The notes beneath the pieces were generated by a model that was given only the letters and a program-made list of their open reading frames with translations, did no database searches and was not told the DNA's origin. A DNA stretch of 64,000 nt from an uncultured Candidatus Berkelbacteria bacterium (GTDB lineage Bacteria; Patescibacteriota; UBA1384; UBA12157), in contig CAIRFN010000006.1 in assembly GCA_903877885.1 (NCBI GenBank), positions 3,342 to 67,341 on the forward strand, in the 5' to 3' direction. The translations under genes were made by a program, and so were the position numbers. Shown in pieces: positions 20,639 to 30,871 of this stretch (the first letter of the stretch is position 1; each line of letters begins with the position of its first letter).

Positions 20639-21354
20639 GTATAATTGTTACTTTGGAAAAAGCCAATAAATATTTTGATGATAATTCGGTTTTGCGCGAT
20701 GTTAATTTTGACATTGAAAAAGGTGAATTTCTGTCGCTGGTTGGTCCATCAGGTTGCGGTAAATCCACGTTACTGCGTGTGCTTTTAGGTTTCGAAAAAC
20801 TCGATCATGGTAAAATGACAATCGAACCAAACCTTAAAAAAACTTTAGTTTTTCAAAATTTTGCCCTTTTTCCATGGTTAACCGTGTTTGAAAATATTAG
20901 TTTTGGTCTTAAAATGCAAGGTATGCCAAAGGTAGATATTGATAGAAAAGTCACCGATATTTTGCATGAATTAGATCTTCATGGCGCCCAAAATTTACAT
21001 CCGAAAGAATTGTCTGGTGGTATGAAACAAAGAGTTGGTTTGGGCCGCGCTTTGGTCATGGATCCAGATATTTTATTTTTAGATGAACCGTTTAGTGCGG
21101 TGGACGCTTTTACGGCTAGGGATTTACGCCAAAAACTTTTGGAAATTTGGGAAAAACGTAAAATTACGGTTGTGATGGTAACACATCTAATCGAAGAAGC
21201 AATTGAGCTTTCTGACCGAGTGATTGTAATGTCTAGTGATAAAAATCAAGATTCGATTGTAGAAATCTATACTAATAAATTAGCTCGTCCTCGTGACAAT
21301 CGTTCAAAAGAATTTTTTAACGAAGTTGATTTTTTGGAAACTAAAATTAAATAA
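20635..21354 (+). CDS. ABC ATP-binding protein, NitT/TauT family
   Basis: GPSGCGKS, LSGGMKQR, LDEPF. Confidence 0.93.
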   Translation: MSIIVTLEKANKYFDDNSVLRDVNFDIEKGEFLSLVGPSGCGKSTLLRVLLGFEKLDHGKMTIEPNLKKTLVFQNFALFPWLTVFENISFGLKMQGMPKVDIDRKVTDILHELDLHGAQNLHPKELSGGMKQRVGLGRALVMDPDILFLDEPFSAVDAFTARDLRQKLLEIWEKRKITVVMVTHLIEEAIELSDRVIVMSSDKNQDSIVEIYTNKLARPRDNRSKEFFNEVDFLETKIK

Positions 21355-21365
21355 CAGGAACTATT

Positions 21366-22874
21366 ATGCCTTTAGCCAAAGTTAACTCGGCAGCCGTAAT
21401 TGGATTGGATGCTTCGCCAGTTGAAGTGGAAGTGGATATTTCAAACGGTCTGCCGTCTTTTAGTATTGTGGGACTGCCGGACAAAGCGATTGAAGAATCG
21501 AAAGAGCGAGTTCGCTCGGCGATTAAAAATTCTGGAGCAAATTTTCCAATGAGCCGAATTACAGTTAATTTAGCGCCAGCCGATATTAAAAAAGAAGGTC
21601 CAGCTTATGATTTGGCTATTGCCTTAGGAATACTTGTTGCTGATGGCCAAATTCCAGATATCAGCGAAGATATTTTATTGGTTGGCGAACTGGCTTTGAA
21701 TGGTCGACTTCGACACATCAACGGCATTTTACCGATTGCCATTAGTTTAAATAAGAAGTACTCACAAATCATTTTACCAAAAATCAATGCCGAAGAGGCG
21801 AGTCTGGTTGAAGATATGAATATTTTACCAGCCGAAACTTTGAAAGATTTAATTTATTATTTTAAAAAAGAAAAAATTCTACCCTTTTATACCAAGAAAA
21901 TCACAATCAAAGAAAGAGACGATTACGAGTTTGATTTTGCTTTCATTAAAGGTCAGGAACAAGCTAAACGGGCCTTGGAAATTGCCGCTTCGGGCGGCCA
22001 CAATTTGATTTTTTGTGGGCCGCCCGGATCTGGTAAAACCTTACTGGCTCGAACTATTCCCTCAATTTTACCCAAACTAACCAAAGAAGAAATTTTGGAA
22101 GTGACGAAAATTTATTCTGTTGCCGGACTCTTATCAAACGATTTGCCAATTATCTATGAACGGCCGTTTCGTGCACCGCACCATACCACTTCCAGTGTTG
22201 CCTTGGTTGGTGGCGGCGCCTATCCGCGGCCGGGTGAAATTACTTTAAGTCATCGTGGCGTCTTGTTTATGGATGAATTTGCCGAATTTCCTCGTTCAGT
22301 CTTGGAAGCTTTGCGTCAACCCTTGGAAGACGGCGTGATTACAGTCAGTCGTGCACAAGGTTCAATTACTTATCCAGCCAAATTTATTTTAGTGGCAGCG
22401 CAAAACCCGTGTCCTTGTGGCTATTTGGGGGATTTGAAAAAGCATTGTATTTGTACGCCAGTTCAAATTTTACGTTATCAAAAACGTGTTTCTGGGCCAC
22501 TCCTTGATCGAATCGATATTCATATTGAAGTTCCTCGAGTCGATTACGAAAAGCTTTCTTCGAATGAAATTGCCGAAAGTTCCAAAAAGGTTAGAGAACG
22601 AGTCGAATCTGCCAGGTTAATTCAACTTAAAAGATTTGGTAAGACTAATTCGGAAATGTCGCCGCGAGAAATTAAAAAATATTGCGCGCTCGCGCCTGAC
22701 GTTCAAGAGATTTTAAAATTGGCTATGGCTCAATATGATTTGTCGGCTCGTCAATATACGCGGATTTTGAAAGTCGCTCGAACAATTGCTGATTTGGCTG
22801 AATCAGAAAATATCGAAAAAGAGCACTTAATGGAAGCGATTCATTATCGAGCCAAAGAAAAAAGCACTTATTGA
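21366..22874 (+). CDS. comM: YifB/ComM Mg-chelatase-like AAA+ ATPase
   Basis: GPPGSGKT, RPFRAPHH, PGEITLSHRGVLFMDE, NPCPCG. Confidence 0.94.
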   Translation: MPLAKVNSAAVIGLDASPVEVEVDISNGLPSFSIVGLPDKAIEESKERVRSAIKNSGANFPMSRITVNLAPADIKKEGPAYDLAIALGILVADGQIPDISEDILLVGELALNGRLRHINGILPIAISLNKKYSQIILPKINAEEASLVEDMNILPAETLKDLIYYFKKEKILPFYTKKITIKERDDYEFDFAFIKGQEQAKRALEIAASGGHNLIFCGPPGSGKTLLARTIPSILPKLTKEEILEVTKIYSVAGLLSNDLPIIYERPFRAPHHTTSSVALVGGGAYPRPGEITLSHRGVLFMDEFAEFPRSVLEALRQPLEDGVITVSRAQGSITYPAKFILVAAQNPCPCGYLGDLKKHCICTPVQILRYQKRVSGPLLDRIDIHIEVPRVDYEKLSSNEIAESSKKVRERVESARLIQLKRFGKTNSEMSPREIKKYCALAPDVQEILKLAMAQYDLSARQYTRILKVARTIADLAESENIEKEHLMEAIHYRAKEKSTY

Positions 22875-22882
22875 ATATGTTA

Positions 22883-22919
22883 AACCATATATCCCACCTC
22901 CAGGGTGGGCTATATGGTT
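22883..22919. repeat. REP palindrome (RAYT-associated family)
   Basis: AACCATATATCCCACCTCCAGGGTGGGCTATATGGTT; nearly identical to the copies flanking the RAYT gene. Confidence 0.85.
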
Positions 22920-23095
22920 ACAAAAAAACCGGCTGCTAAGAGACCGGCCAGGACAGTGAGCACCTGGATAACATTAGTGGCGAAATTTTCGACCTTAGAA
23001 ACATCAGGCGCATCGGCCAGCGCCGGACTGATTGAAGCGAACACTACGAGAAGTGTACCGCCCAAATAAACAATGAGGGATCGGAAAAGACTCAT
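22910..23095 (-). pseudogene. Truncated TrbC/VirB2-like pilin
   Basis: Signal peptide (ALA-D) then DVSKVENF...IQVLTVLAGLLAAGFFV; stop falls inside the REP; second hydrophobic half missing. Family from recall. Confidence 0.55.
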
Positions 23096-23358
23096 ACAAA
23101 TCCTTTCTTCCCTCCAAGTTAAAATATATTTTATCTACAAAATAATTTTAATCCAAACTCATCTATTAATTATGGCATATCAGAGTAAGCGCTTTCTTGT
23201 CAATAGGGCGTCGACAGATTAAGTATGATAATTTCATATTTCAAACCTTATAAAATTGATAACGGGATATCCGTAAGGGCGTTAGAATATATTTTATGGG
23301 CAATTTAGATTTTGTAAATATTCCTGAATTAAAACCAATAATTTGATATAATTACTTT

Positions 23359-24129
23359 ATGGAACTAATTAGAGTTAATACAAAAGAAATTTTTACAAAA
23401 ACCAATTTGCCTGGGGCCGATTATGTAATTAACCAATATGTCGGTTGTGAACACAATTGTGCTTATTGTTATGCCAAATTTATGTCTCGCTGGAAAAAAC
23501 ATGGTCAGTGGGGCACGTGGGTCGAAGCCAAAATGAACGCTCCAGAGTTAGTAAAAAATAAAACTGTTTCTGGCTGGGTGTTTATGAGTTCCGTCTCAGA
23601 CGCCTATCAACCAATCGAGAAAGATCTTAAATTAACTAGACATGTATTAGAAAACCTAGACAAAAGAATAAAACTCTCTATTTTAACAAAATCAGACTTA
23701 GTTTTAAGAGATATTGATCTACTTAAACAATTTAAAGATTCGGAAATCGGTCTCACAATTAATACTTTTGTCGGTAAAGAAAAAGATATTTTTGAACCTA
23801 ATTCACCTTCAAATCAAAAAAGAATTGAAGCTCTTAAGATTCTTAAAGAAAACGGTTTAAAAACTTATGCTTTTATTAGCCCGTTAATACCTGGCTTGAT
23901 TGATCTGGAAAAACTAATAGATGAAACTCGAGAATTTGTAGATTATTATTGGTTAGAAGTGTTGAATTTAAGAGGAGCTGGCAAAGAATTTTCCAATATT
24001 TTAGAAACAGACTATCCGAAAAGTTTTCGAATACTAAAAAAACCTGACTTGTTCAATCAATTTATAAATGAGTTAAAAATCATTTGTAAGAAAAAAGGAA
24101 TCAAAGTCAGAGGATTCGAGGAGCACTAG
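23359..24129 (+). CDS. Radical SAM protein (SplB/Rv2578c-like)
   Basis: GCEHNCAYCYA (CxxxCxxC), DAYQPIE, ILTKSDLVLRDID. Confidence 0.88.
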   Translation: MELIRVNTKEIFTKTNLPGADYVINQYVGCEHNCAYCYAKFMSRWKKHGQWGTWVEAKMNAPELVKNKTVSGWVFMSSVSDAYQPIEKDLKLTRHVLENLDKRIKLSILTKSDLVLRDIDLLKQFKDSEIGLTINTFVGKEKDIFEPNSPSNQKRIEALKILKENGLKTYAFISPLIPGLIDLEKLIDETREFVDYYWLEVLNLRGAGKEFSNILETDYPKSFRILKKPDLFNQFINELKIICKKKGIKVRGFEEH

Positions 24130-24593
24130 CTCATTTTAGCTTCCCACTCTTTTATAATATCCAAGCATTCGTTCTCAAAATCACCGATATATTCAAGCTC
24201 TATTTGACGATTATTTTTACTATTTATTTCACTGTTTACATTAAAACCTTCATAGAAATTTTTTCCAATCATTTCTTCAGTTCTTTTGCAACCATAAACA
24301 ATCTTCGAAATATTAGCCCAATTTGCCACTGAAAAACACATCAAACACGGTTCTAACGCAGCATACAATATACAACCGGACAAATCTGTTGTCCCAAGTT
24401 TTTTACATGCTTTCCGAATAGCGGAAGTTTCCGAATGTTCCGTTGGATCATTTAATTGTCTGCCAAGACTAATTCCTTCAGAGATTATTTCGCCATCTTT
24501 TACGACCACGGCACCAGCTGGAAATCCGCCTTGCTCAAATGAAATTTTTGCTTGCTTGATTGCTTCTTTAAGAAATATTTTATTTTGTTCCAT
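24126..24593 (-). CDS. Nucleoside/guanine deaminase (CDA fold)
   Basis: PAGAVVV, DPTEHSE, EPCLMC. Confidence 0.88.
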   Translation of the reverse strand: MEQNKIFLKEAIKQAKISFEQGGFPAGAVVVKDGEIISEGISLGRQLNDPTEHSETSAIRKACKKLGTTDLSGCILYAALEPCLMCFSVANWANISKIVYGCKRTEEMIGKNFYEGFNVNSEINSKNNRQIELEYIGDFENECLDIIKEWEAKMS

Positions 24594-24902
24594 ACTTAAA
24601 TATTAAACTATTTTGAAATTTAAAAATAGGCCCGAACTATTTGCAAACCTAATTACTTTGTGATAAGCCTAACTTATATGAGGAGGGGCAATTTTATTTT
24701 CAAGAGGTTGAATACCCCGTCAGCTTGCTGCGGGGATGAAAACCTATGAAAACAAACTTTTCCGCAGGAATACCGCTTTACCTAAAGGCGTCAGCTTGTT
24801 GCGAGGTAGTTTATGGCAGGGAGAATTTATGGAATCCTTCCAAAAAATCAATTTAATTGCCGCCCTGAAGTTCTCGCCCCAACTGACAGATCTGTTTAAT
24901 TT

Positions 24903-24938
24903 AACCTTATATAGCCCACCCTGGAGGTGGGCTGTGGT
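24903..24938. repeat. REP palindrome, 5' flank of RAYT
   Basis: AGCCCACCCTGGAGGTGGGCT; core inverted relative to the 3' copy. Confidence 0.85.
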
Positions 24939-24949
24939 ATAATAAATAG

Positions 24950-25621
24950 ATGAATACAAGAAAAACACAATTAACCAACGATCAGCATTACCATATTTTT
25001 AATCGAAGTATAGCGAAATTTGTCATTTTTAATAATGATGATGATTATCTTCGAATGAAAGAGATGTTGAATCTATATCGTTTTGCTGATTTTAATTATA
25101 AATACTCTAAATTTATAATTTTGGATGCGAATCATCAGTCAGCAATTATTCATGATATTACTAAGAAAAATGATTTACTGGTCGAGATAGTGGCGTATAG
25201 TTTAATGCCAACGCATATTCATTTGGTTTTAAAACAGGTGGCTGATGGCGGAATTACAAAATTTATGGGCAAAATTTCTAATAGTTATACTCGATATTTT
25301 AATATCAAACATCATCGTAAAGGTCCACTTTGGGAAGATCATTTTAGAAATGTTTTGGTTTCAAGAGATGAACAAATGTTACATCTAACACGTTACATTC
25401 ATTTAAATGCTAGTTCGGCTGGTTTAGTTGAAAATCCTTCTGACTGGCCATATTCTTCTCTAAAAGAATATACCGACCAAGATGATTATGGATTTTGCGA
25501 TTTTAAGGATGTTATTGATATAGTACCGGCAAAATATAAAAAATTTGTTTTAGATTATAAGGATTATCAACGACAAATTTCTTTAATCAAAACCATTCTA
25601 ATTGATGATTATTCAGGATAA
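24950..25621 (+). CDS. REP-associated tyrosine transposase (RAYT, Y1 HUH)
   Basis: HYHIFNR, YSLMPTHIHL (HUH), GPLWE, YIHLN, WPYSS; flanked by inverted REPs. Confidence 0.9.
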   Translation: MNTRKTQLTNDQHYHIFNRSIAKFVIFNNDDDYLRMKEMLNLYRFADFNYKYSKFIILDANHQSAIIHDITKKNDLLVEIVAYSLMPTHIHLVLKQVADGGITKFMGKISNSYTRYFNIKHHRKGPLWEDHFRNVLVSRDEQMLHLTRYIHLNASSAGLVENPSDWPYSSLKEYTDQDDYGFCDFKDVIDIVPAKYKKFVLDYKDYQRQISLIKTILIDDYSG

Positions 25622-25624
25622 TCT

Positions 25625-25656
25625 AACCATATATCCCACCTCCAGGGTGGGCTATA
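25625..25656. repeat. REP palindrome, 3' flank of RAYT
   Basis: AACCATATATCCCACCTCCAGGGTGGGCTATA. Confidence 0.85.
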
Positions 25657-25709
25657 ATTTCGGTAGAAATTTCGGCGACTTTAGTCTATATGGTTAAGCA
25701 CTTATTAGT

Positions 25710-26036
25710 CTATTGAATATGAAGAAGTTTAAAGAGGAAATTGCCAAAAGTTAAGAGAACGTGATGTTTCTGATCTAAAATGGCTAGCACCAAAATTGCG
25801 ACAGCCAAAACTGCAACCACAATACCGGTTTTAGCTAAATCAGCTTTAATTTGTTTTAAGTTTTGAATTTCAACAACTGGTTTAGCGATGTTCGCGGCCA
25901 GATTTTTTTTAATCGATTCGCTCGGCTCAAGTTTGGTATTTCCAACCGTTTCAGCTTTATTGCTAGTTTGGGCAATCTGATTTAATACTTGGTTCTTGAT
26001 TTGGCGAACAAATTTAGCTTTGTTTTTCTTTGACAT
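25710..26036 (-). CDS. Hypothetical protein with C-terminal TM
   Basis: AAGGA RBS; basic N-terminus; one TM helix. Confidence 0.65.
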   Translation of the reverse strand: MSKKNKAKFVRQIKNQVLNQIAQTSNKAETVGNTKLEPSESIKKNLAANIAKPVVEIQNLKQIKADLAKTGIVVAVLAVAILVLAILDQKHHVLLTFGNFLFKLLHIQ

Positions 26037-26069
26037 TTGATTCCTTTGGATTCTATTTCAACCAATAAT

Positions 26070-26144
26070 TGGAGGCGTCGCCGGGACTTGCACCCGGGTA
26101 CGCGGTTTTGCAGACCGCTCCCTGAACTGCTCGGGCACGACGCC
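26070..26144 (-). tRNA. tRNA-Cys(GCA)
   Basis: Reverse complement GGCGTCG...GCGGT-CTGCAAA-ACCGC...CGACGCC-T-CCA. Confidence 0.93.
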
Positions 26145-26145
26145 A

Positions 26146-26805
26146 TTACTTATAATAATTTTTATATATTAAGTTTTTTCGGTTTAGAAATAGATTATTA
26201 CTTTCTTCATAAATTTTGTCAAGAACTATTTTGGAATCATGAGTATAATATCTTAGTTGATAGCTATCCTTACAAAATAAAACAGGTCTTTTTTTAATTT
26301 GTAAAAATTTCGATAGCTTTTCTGATAAATTTTCCAGGAACAAGGAATTGCCGCAGGTAAAAACAGTTAATAGTAAATTATTTTTTGTTAAAAATACTGA
26401 ACCATCTCCGTCAAAATACCCTCTGACAAAATGCGGAAAAAATAATGTAGGAATTTCAGGAAATTTAAGTGTTAATGATTTTCGTGTTGTGACACCGAGA
26501 TTAATTAGATCATCAAATATTTTATGATCGCCAATTCTTAATAAGTATAAAACTTTCGAGAAATAAGTACTTTTTTTAAAGTTGATTTTAATAGGTTTTC
26601 TTAACTGTAATTTATGACTCGAGTTCAATATTTTTTTAATTTTTAACAATATTTCTTCGTCTTTGCTTGTTATCCTAAGATATTTCCCTCTTAAATATGA
26701 TGCATCTTCCAAACTTCCATCAGCAAAAATATACCCCAATATATAAGCCATTTCTGGAGTCCATTTTTCAAAGAAACTAGAATTAACTTGATATTTAATG
26801 CCCAT
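26146..26805 (-). CDS. Free-standing LAGLIDADG homing-endonuclease-like protein
   Basis: Two motifs: AYILGYIFADGS and HFVRGYFDGDGS. Confidence 0.85.
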   Translation of the reverse strand: MGIKYQVNSSFFEKWTPEMAYILGYIFADGSLEDASYLRGKYLRITSKDEEILLKIKKILNSSHKLQLRKPIKINFKKSTYFSKVLYLLRIGDHKIFDDLINLGVTTRKSLTLKFPEIPTLFFPHFVRGYFDGDGSVFLTKNNLLLTVFTCGNSLFLENLSEKLSKFLQIKKRPVLFCKDSYQLRYYTHDSKIVLDKIYEESNNLFLNRKNLIYKNYYK

Positions 26806-26811
26806 ATTTAT

Positions 26812-26886
26812 TGGAGCGGGTAACGGGAGTCGAACCCGTATCTCATCCTTGGCAAGGACGTATAAGAACCGTTATACGATACCCGC
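26812..26886 (-). tRNA. tRNA-Gly(GCC)
   Basis: Reverse complement GCGGGTA...CGTCC-TTGCCAA-GGATG...GGTTCGACT...TACCCGC-T-CCA. Confidence 0.93.
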
Positions 26887-26972
26887 GTGCCATATGCAAT
26901 TATCATTTTACACTGTACTTTTATATTATAGCATCTTTACTTCTTCTCGTAAATACATTATATTATTGTCAT

Positions 26973-27188
26973 ATGCAAAATATCTTAAATTATATTCAAA
27001 TTTGTGTCGGTATTCTTCTGATTACCAGCATTTTACTCCAGCATCGTGGTACCGGCCTTGGTGGTGCTTTTGGTGGCGAAGGTAATGTTTACCGCAGCCG
27101 CCGTGGTGCCGAAAAATTTCTCTTTAATGCGACTGTCGCCCTGGCTGTGATTTTTGTTGGCCTGGCAGTTGCTCATATCGTTCTTTAA
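26973..27188 (+). CDS. secG: Preprotein translocase SecG
   Basis: ILLQHRGTGLGGAFGG...RRGAEKFL; start moved to ATG 26973. Confidence 0.92.
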   Translation: MQNILNYIQICVGILLITSILLQHRGTGLGGAFGGEGNVYRSRRGAEKFLFNATVALAVIFVGLAVAHIVL

Positions 27189-27204
27189 GTTCTAAGGAAA
27201 CCAA

Positions 27205-28584
27205 ATGCAAAACAAGGATTGGTTTAGTTTTAGTAAAATCAAAAAATACTTTTACCGTCAGACTTGGACTGGGATCAAGACGGTTCATGAACGTTTGACT
27301 CAAATCGATCAAGCGATAATTTTTGTTTTGATTTTGGCAATTTTTGCGTCAGGCTTTTTTATTTGGCGTAATCATTGGATTAAAACTACTTATGAAGTTC
27401 CGGCAAATGGCGGAACTTTGGTTGAGGGAATTGTCGGCGAACCCAAAAATTTGGATCAATATTTAGCCAGATTGACTAGCGCGGGTTTAACTAAACTTCA
27501 GCCAACTGGTGAAGTCAAAGGCGATTTAGCTGAAAGTTGGCAAGTTTCAACAGATAATAAAACATTTGATTTTAAATTGCGTGATGGGGTTAGTTCCCAA
27601 GATCTTTCAAATCAACTTCAAGCATCAAATATTTGGCCAAATATTGAAGTTGCCACCCCAACCGATGATCATATTCAATTTAAATTTAAAGCTCCATTTA
27701 GCCCATTTTTATACACTTCGACTGAACCGGTTTTTAATCTTGGACCATATAAAATCACTAAAGAAGATAAAACTCAAATTACATTGGTGGCGCGTGATGA
27801 TTATTGGCAGGGAAGACCTTATATTGATAAAATTATTGTTCGACTTTATCCGAATGAAGATGCTTTAATTCGGGCCGCTAAAAGTCATCAGATTATGAAT
27901 TACGTTATTGTCGATAAAAACGAGTGGCGAACCAGTAATTCTAATCTATTGGAAATGGCCTTACCAAAGCAATTAGATCTTTTCTTTAATATGAATAATG
28001 CTGATTTGAAAAATAAAGCTTTACGCCAGGCTTTGCGTGATAATAAACCAGCCGACAAGGCATATAAATTTACTTTAGTTACCTCTGACACGACTAAAAA
28101 TATACAGATGGCCGAACAAATTAAAGCTCAATACGCGGCTTTAAAGGTTGATGTTACGATTCAAAAATACAGCAATGTTGTTTTGCAGAAGGATATTATT
28201 CCCAAACGGAGTTACGATATACTACTCTATGGTTTGGATTACGGTCCTGATCCTGATCCGTATCCATTTTGGCATTCGTCGCAAATTGCTTCAACTAAAA
28301 ATCCGACCGGGATGAATTTATCAAATTATTATAATAAATCAGCTGACCGGTTGCTCGAAGATGCACGTCAAACTTTTGATTTTAAGGTGCGCGAAGATAA
28401 ATATAATCAATTTAATAAGATTTTAGATGATGATGTACCATATATAAAATTGTTACAAGAGTCGATGGATTATGTGGTTAGCCCCAATGTAAAAGGTTTG
28501 GATAAGATTTTTGGCTTTAGTGAAACCGACCGATTCTTAAATGTGAACCAGTGGTATTTAAAGACAAAGAGAATTAAAAAATGA
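27205..28584 (+). CDS. Family 5 (peptide/nickel) ABC substrate-binding protein
   Basis: GGTLVEGIVG, GDLAESW, GPYK, DPDPYPFWHSSQ. Confidence 0.88.
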   Translation: MQNKDWFSFSKIKKYFYRQTWTGIKTVHERLTQIDQAIIFVLILAIFASGFFIWRNHWIKTTYEVPANGGTLVEGIVGEPKNLDQYLARLTSAGLTKLQPTGEVKGDLAESWQVSTDNKTFDFKLRDGVSSQDLSNQLQASNIWPNIEVATPTDDHIQFKFKAPFSPFLYTSTEPVFNLGPYKITKEDKTQITLVARDDYWQGRPYIDKIIVRLYPNEDALIRAAKSHQIMNYVIVDKNEWRTSNSNLLEMALPKQLDLFFNMNNADLKNKALRQALRDNKPADKAYKFTLVTSDTTKNIQMAEQIKAQYAALKVDVTIQKYSNVVLQKDIIPKRSYDILLYGLDYGPDPDPYPFWHSSQIASTKNPTGMNLSNYYNKSADRLLEDARQTFDFKVREDKYNQFNKILDDDVPYIKLLQESMDYVVSPNVKGLDKIFGFSETDRFLNVNQWYLKTKRIKK

Positions 28585-28631
28585 CATCGTAATGTCATCC
28601 TGAGCCGCTATCCGGCGAAGGATCTTAATTT

Positions 28632-28717
28632 GCCCGAGTGGTGAAACGGTATACACGCATGCTTCAGGTGCATGTGATCGCAAGGTCGTGGAGGTTCAAC
28701 TCCTCTCTCGGGCACCA
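28632..28717 (+). tRNA. tRNA-Leu(CAG)
   Basis: Anticodon arm CATGC-TTCAGGT-GCATG; long variable arm; CCA. Confidence 0.95.
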
Positions 28718-30769
28718 TCAATATTTTACTTGATAAATTCTAGTTTGATTTTGGTCATAGATTTTTGAGAAATTTTCCGGATGTTTTACTAAATCAATTT
28801 CAAGAACATTGGTTTCTGGTGTAATAATAAACTGAATTTTATATTTTTTAATTAAATTTAATTTGTTCTCAAAGCTAATATTTGTAAAAATTGAATCGAT
28901 CTTTTTTTGATTGGTAGAACGTGGATAGGCAGCCATAAAATTGTCGGTCAAAAGCGGTAAAATATCGGTCGTGTAATCATTAGCTAATATCACTGATTTG
29001 GCTGGAATTTTTGAATTTACAAAATCAATCATATTTTGGCCACCGATAGAATCTAATTCTAATTTAGTATGATCGGCATCATATTTTTCAGGTTTTTGAG
29101 CTAAATCGATATAAGCTGGCGAAAAGAAAAAGAAAAGAATAACAGTAGCTAATAAAAAGATTATTAAATAATTTTTAAAATGATCTTTAATGAAATTATT
29201 GAAATTGATTTTCGTTTGCCAAAGACAAATGAGAGAAATAATCGCGATGATTATTATTAATAAAAACCAATAATAATTATTTAATAAATTTGTGAGATTT
29301 AAATTTACAAAAGTCTTGTTATATAAGTTTGAAATAAAATGAAACTTTTGTTCTAGAAATATTTCGATTAAGAAAACTAAACTCAAACCAATATTCAATA
29401 TTTTTTGCCATTTAATTTCAGTAATTATAGAATCTAAATAACTTAAAAATAAGGTTAAACAAACACCCCAAATCGCGAAATCCCAAGTGACGTAACTATC
29501 TAAACGTGATAAAAAAACTGACCCAAAAATATGCAAAAATAAAATTTGTATAAAACTTAAATTAAAAAAATAAATAATTGGCAAAACCAAAAACAAGCTA
29601 AAAATAAAAACTAGTCGTATGTTTTTTCGAATTAAGAAAATCAAAACAGGAAAAATCAAAAAAGTAATTTTACTAAATAAAAATAAATTATTAAACGTTG
29701 GCTGGCTGATTTCTTCCGATAATTCTTGGTTAAAGTTAAACAAATGCCAGTGCCAAAATATTAGAAAAAATACTAAAACAATAATAAAATAACTAGCTAA
29801 AATAGCTAGAGACTTTTTAAATAAAATTTTCAAATTCTCATTTTTGAAAGAAAAAATTCCAAAAGTTAAAACAAAAAAACTGTAAATTAGGCCAAAATAA
29901 ATAAATTGTAAACTATGAATAAGGCTGGTAAAAAAAAGTAGCAACCAAAAAATTGTTAATATTTTTTGATTATTTTGTTCAAAAATGTATTTTAAACTTA
30001 AGCCAAATAAAAGCGGTATTAAAATAAAAAGTCCAAGTGTATTTGGCACGGCTAGGCGTTCAAACAGATAACTATGATTAAAAAGTAAAATCGTAATTAG
30101 AAAAAAACTTAAACTAAGGGCGGATAGAGTTCTGTTTTGAAAAATTAAACTTAGTAGCCAGGCCCAAATAATGATAACAAAAATGCTTAAGGGAATAAGC
30201 GCGGCTTGCCAGATGATAAAAATATCAGTTTTGCAAATATGACTTATTAGCGCCAAAAAAATGTGCCAAAGCGGAAAACTGTAAACGGGATGAAAAATAT
30301 TTGTGCCAATAAAATTAAGATTCTTGATACTTAAAGCTTGGCCACTGACCGCCTTTTTCATAATCGCCAAATGGAAAAATGATTCTTCTTCGAAAATAGC
30401 GCCGTGACTTTGCGCTACGTAAATCGTAAAAATGGCTAAAATAATTGGCAAAATCCAAATAAAATTTTCTTTAAAAAAGTTAAAATTAATTTTCCATTCA
30501 AGATTAAATCGGTCCGGAATTTTAACTTTGCTAACTACAACCAAAACAAAAAATCCAATAAAATAAAAAATAACGAGTTCGCCAATATTTAAATTTGTTA
30601 AAAGCCCAATAGCCGTTAGAAACATATTCCAAATGAAACTCAAAATAAACCAAGAAATAATTTTTTCTAGTAAGTTGTTTTTAGACCAAAAATTAAAAAT
30701 TAGAGCCAAGAAAAAACCTGGCAAAAGCATTAAAATAAATAAAATTATCGCCGAGTAAAACATGACCAC
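28718..30769 (-). CDS. Polytopic membrane protein (possible GT-C-like glycosyltransferase)
   Basis: Many TM helices, EEESFFHLA loop, soluble C-terminal domain; function is inference. Confidence 0.6.
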   Translation of the reverse strand: MVMFYSAIILFILMLLPGFFLALIFNFWSKNNLLEKIISWFILSFIWNMFLTAIGLLTNLNIGELVIFYFIGFFVLVVVSKVKIPDRFNLEWKINFNFFKENFIWILPIILAIFTIYVAQSHGAIFEEESFFHLAIMKKAVSGQALSIKNLNFIGTNIFHPVYSFPLWHIFLALISHICKTDIFIIWQAALIPLSIFVIIIWAWLLSLIFQNRTLSALSLSFFLITILLFNHSYLFERLAVPNTLGLFILIPLLFGLSLKYIFEQNNQKILTIFWLLLFFTSLIHSLQFIYFGLIYSFFVLTFGIFSFKNENLKILFKKSLAILASYFIIVLVFFLIFWHWHLFNFNQELSEEISQPTFNNLFLFSKITFLIFPVLIFLIRKNIRLVFIFSLFLVLPIIYFFNLSFIQILFLHIFGSVFLSRLDSYVTWDFAIWGVCLTLFLSYLDSIITEIKWQKILNIGLSLVFLIEIFLEQKFHFISNLYNKTFVNLNLTNLLNNYYWFLLIIIIAIISLICLWQTKINFNNFIKDHFKNYLIIFLLATVILFFFFSPAYIDLAQKPEKYDADHTKLELDSIGGQNMIDFVNSKIPAKSVILANDYTTDILPLLTDNFMAAYPRSTNQKKIDSIFTNISFENKLNLIKKYKIQFIITPETNVLEIDLVKHPENFSKIYDQNQTRIYQVKY

Positions 30770-30871
30770 ATCATATAGATTCTAACGTTCGTCCGCAAGG
30801 CGTTTGACAAGCTGAAAAATAGTTGAGATGATAATTAAAAGATTAATTTAACGAACTAAAAAGGAGACGGG

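Noticed and set aside
26037-27085. ORFs overlapping tRNA-Cys/tRNA-Gly and the long secG N-extension
   Set aside because: Shadow ORFs over tRNA genes; secG fits the 26973 start.
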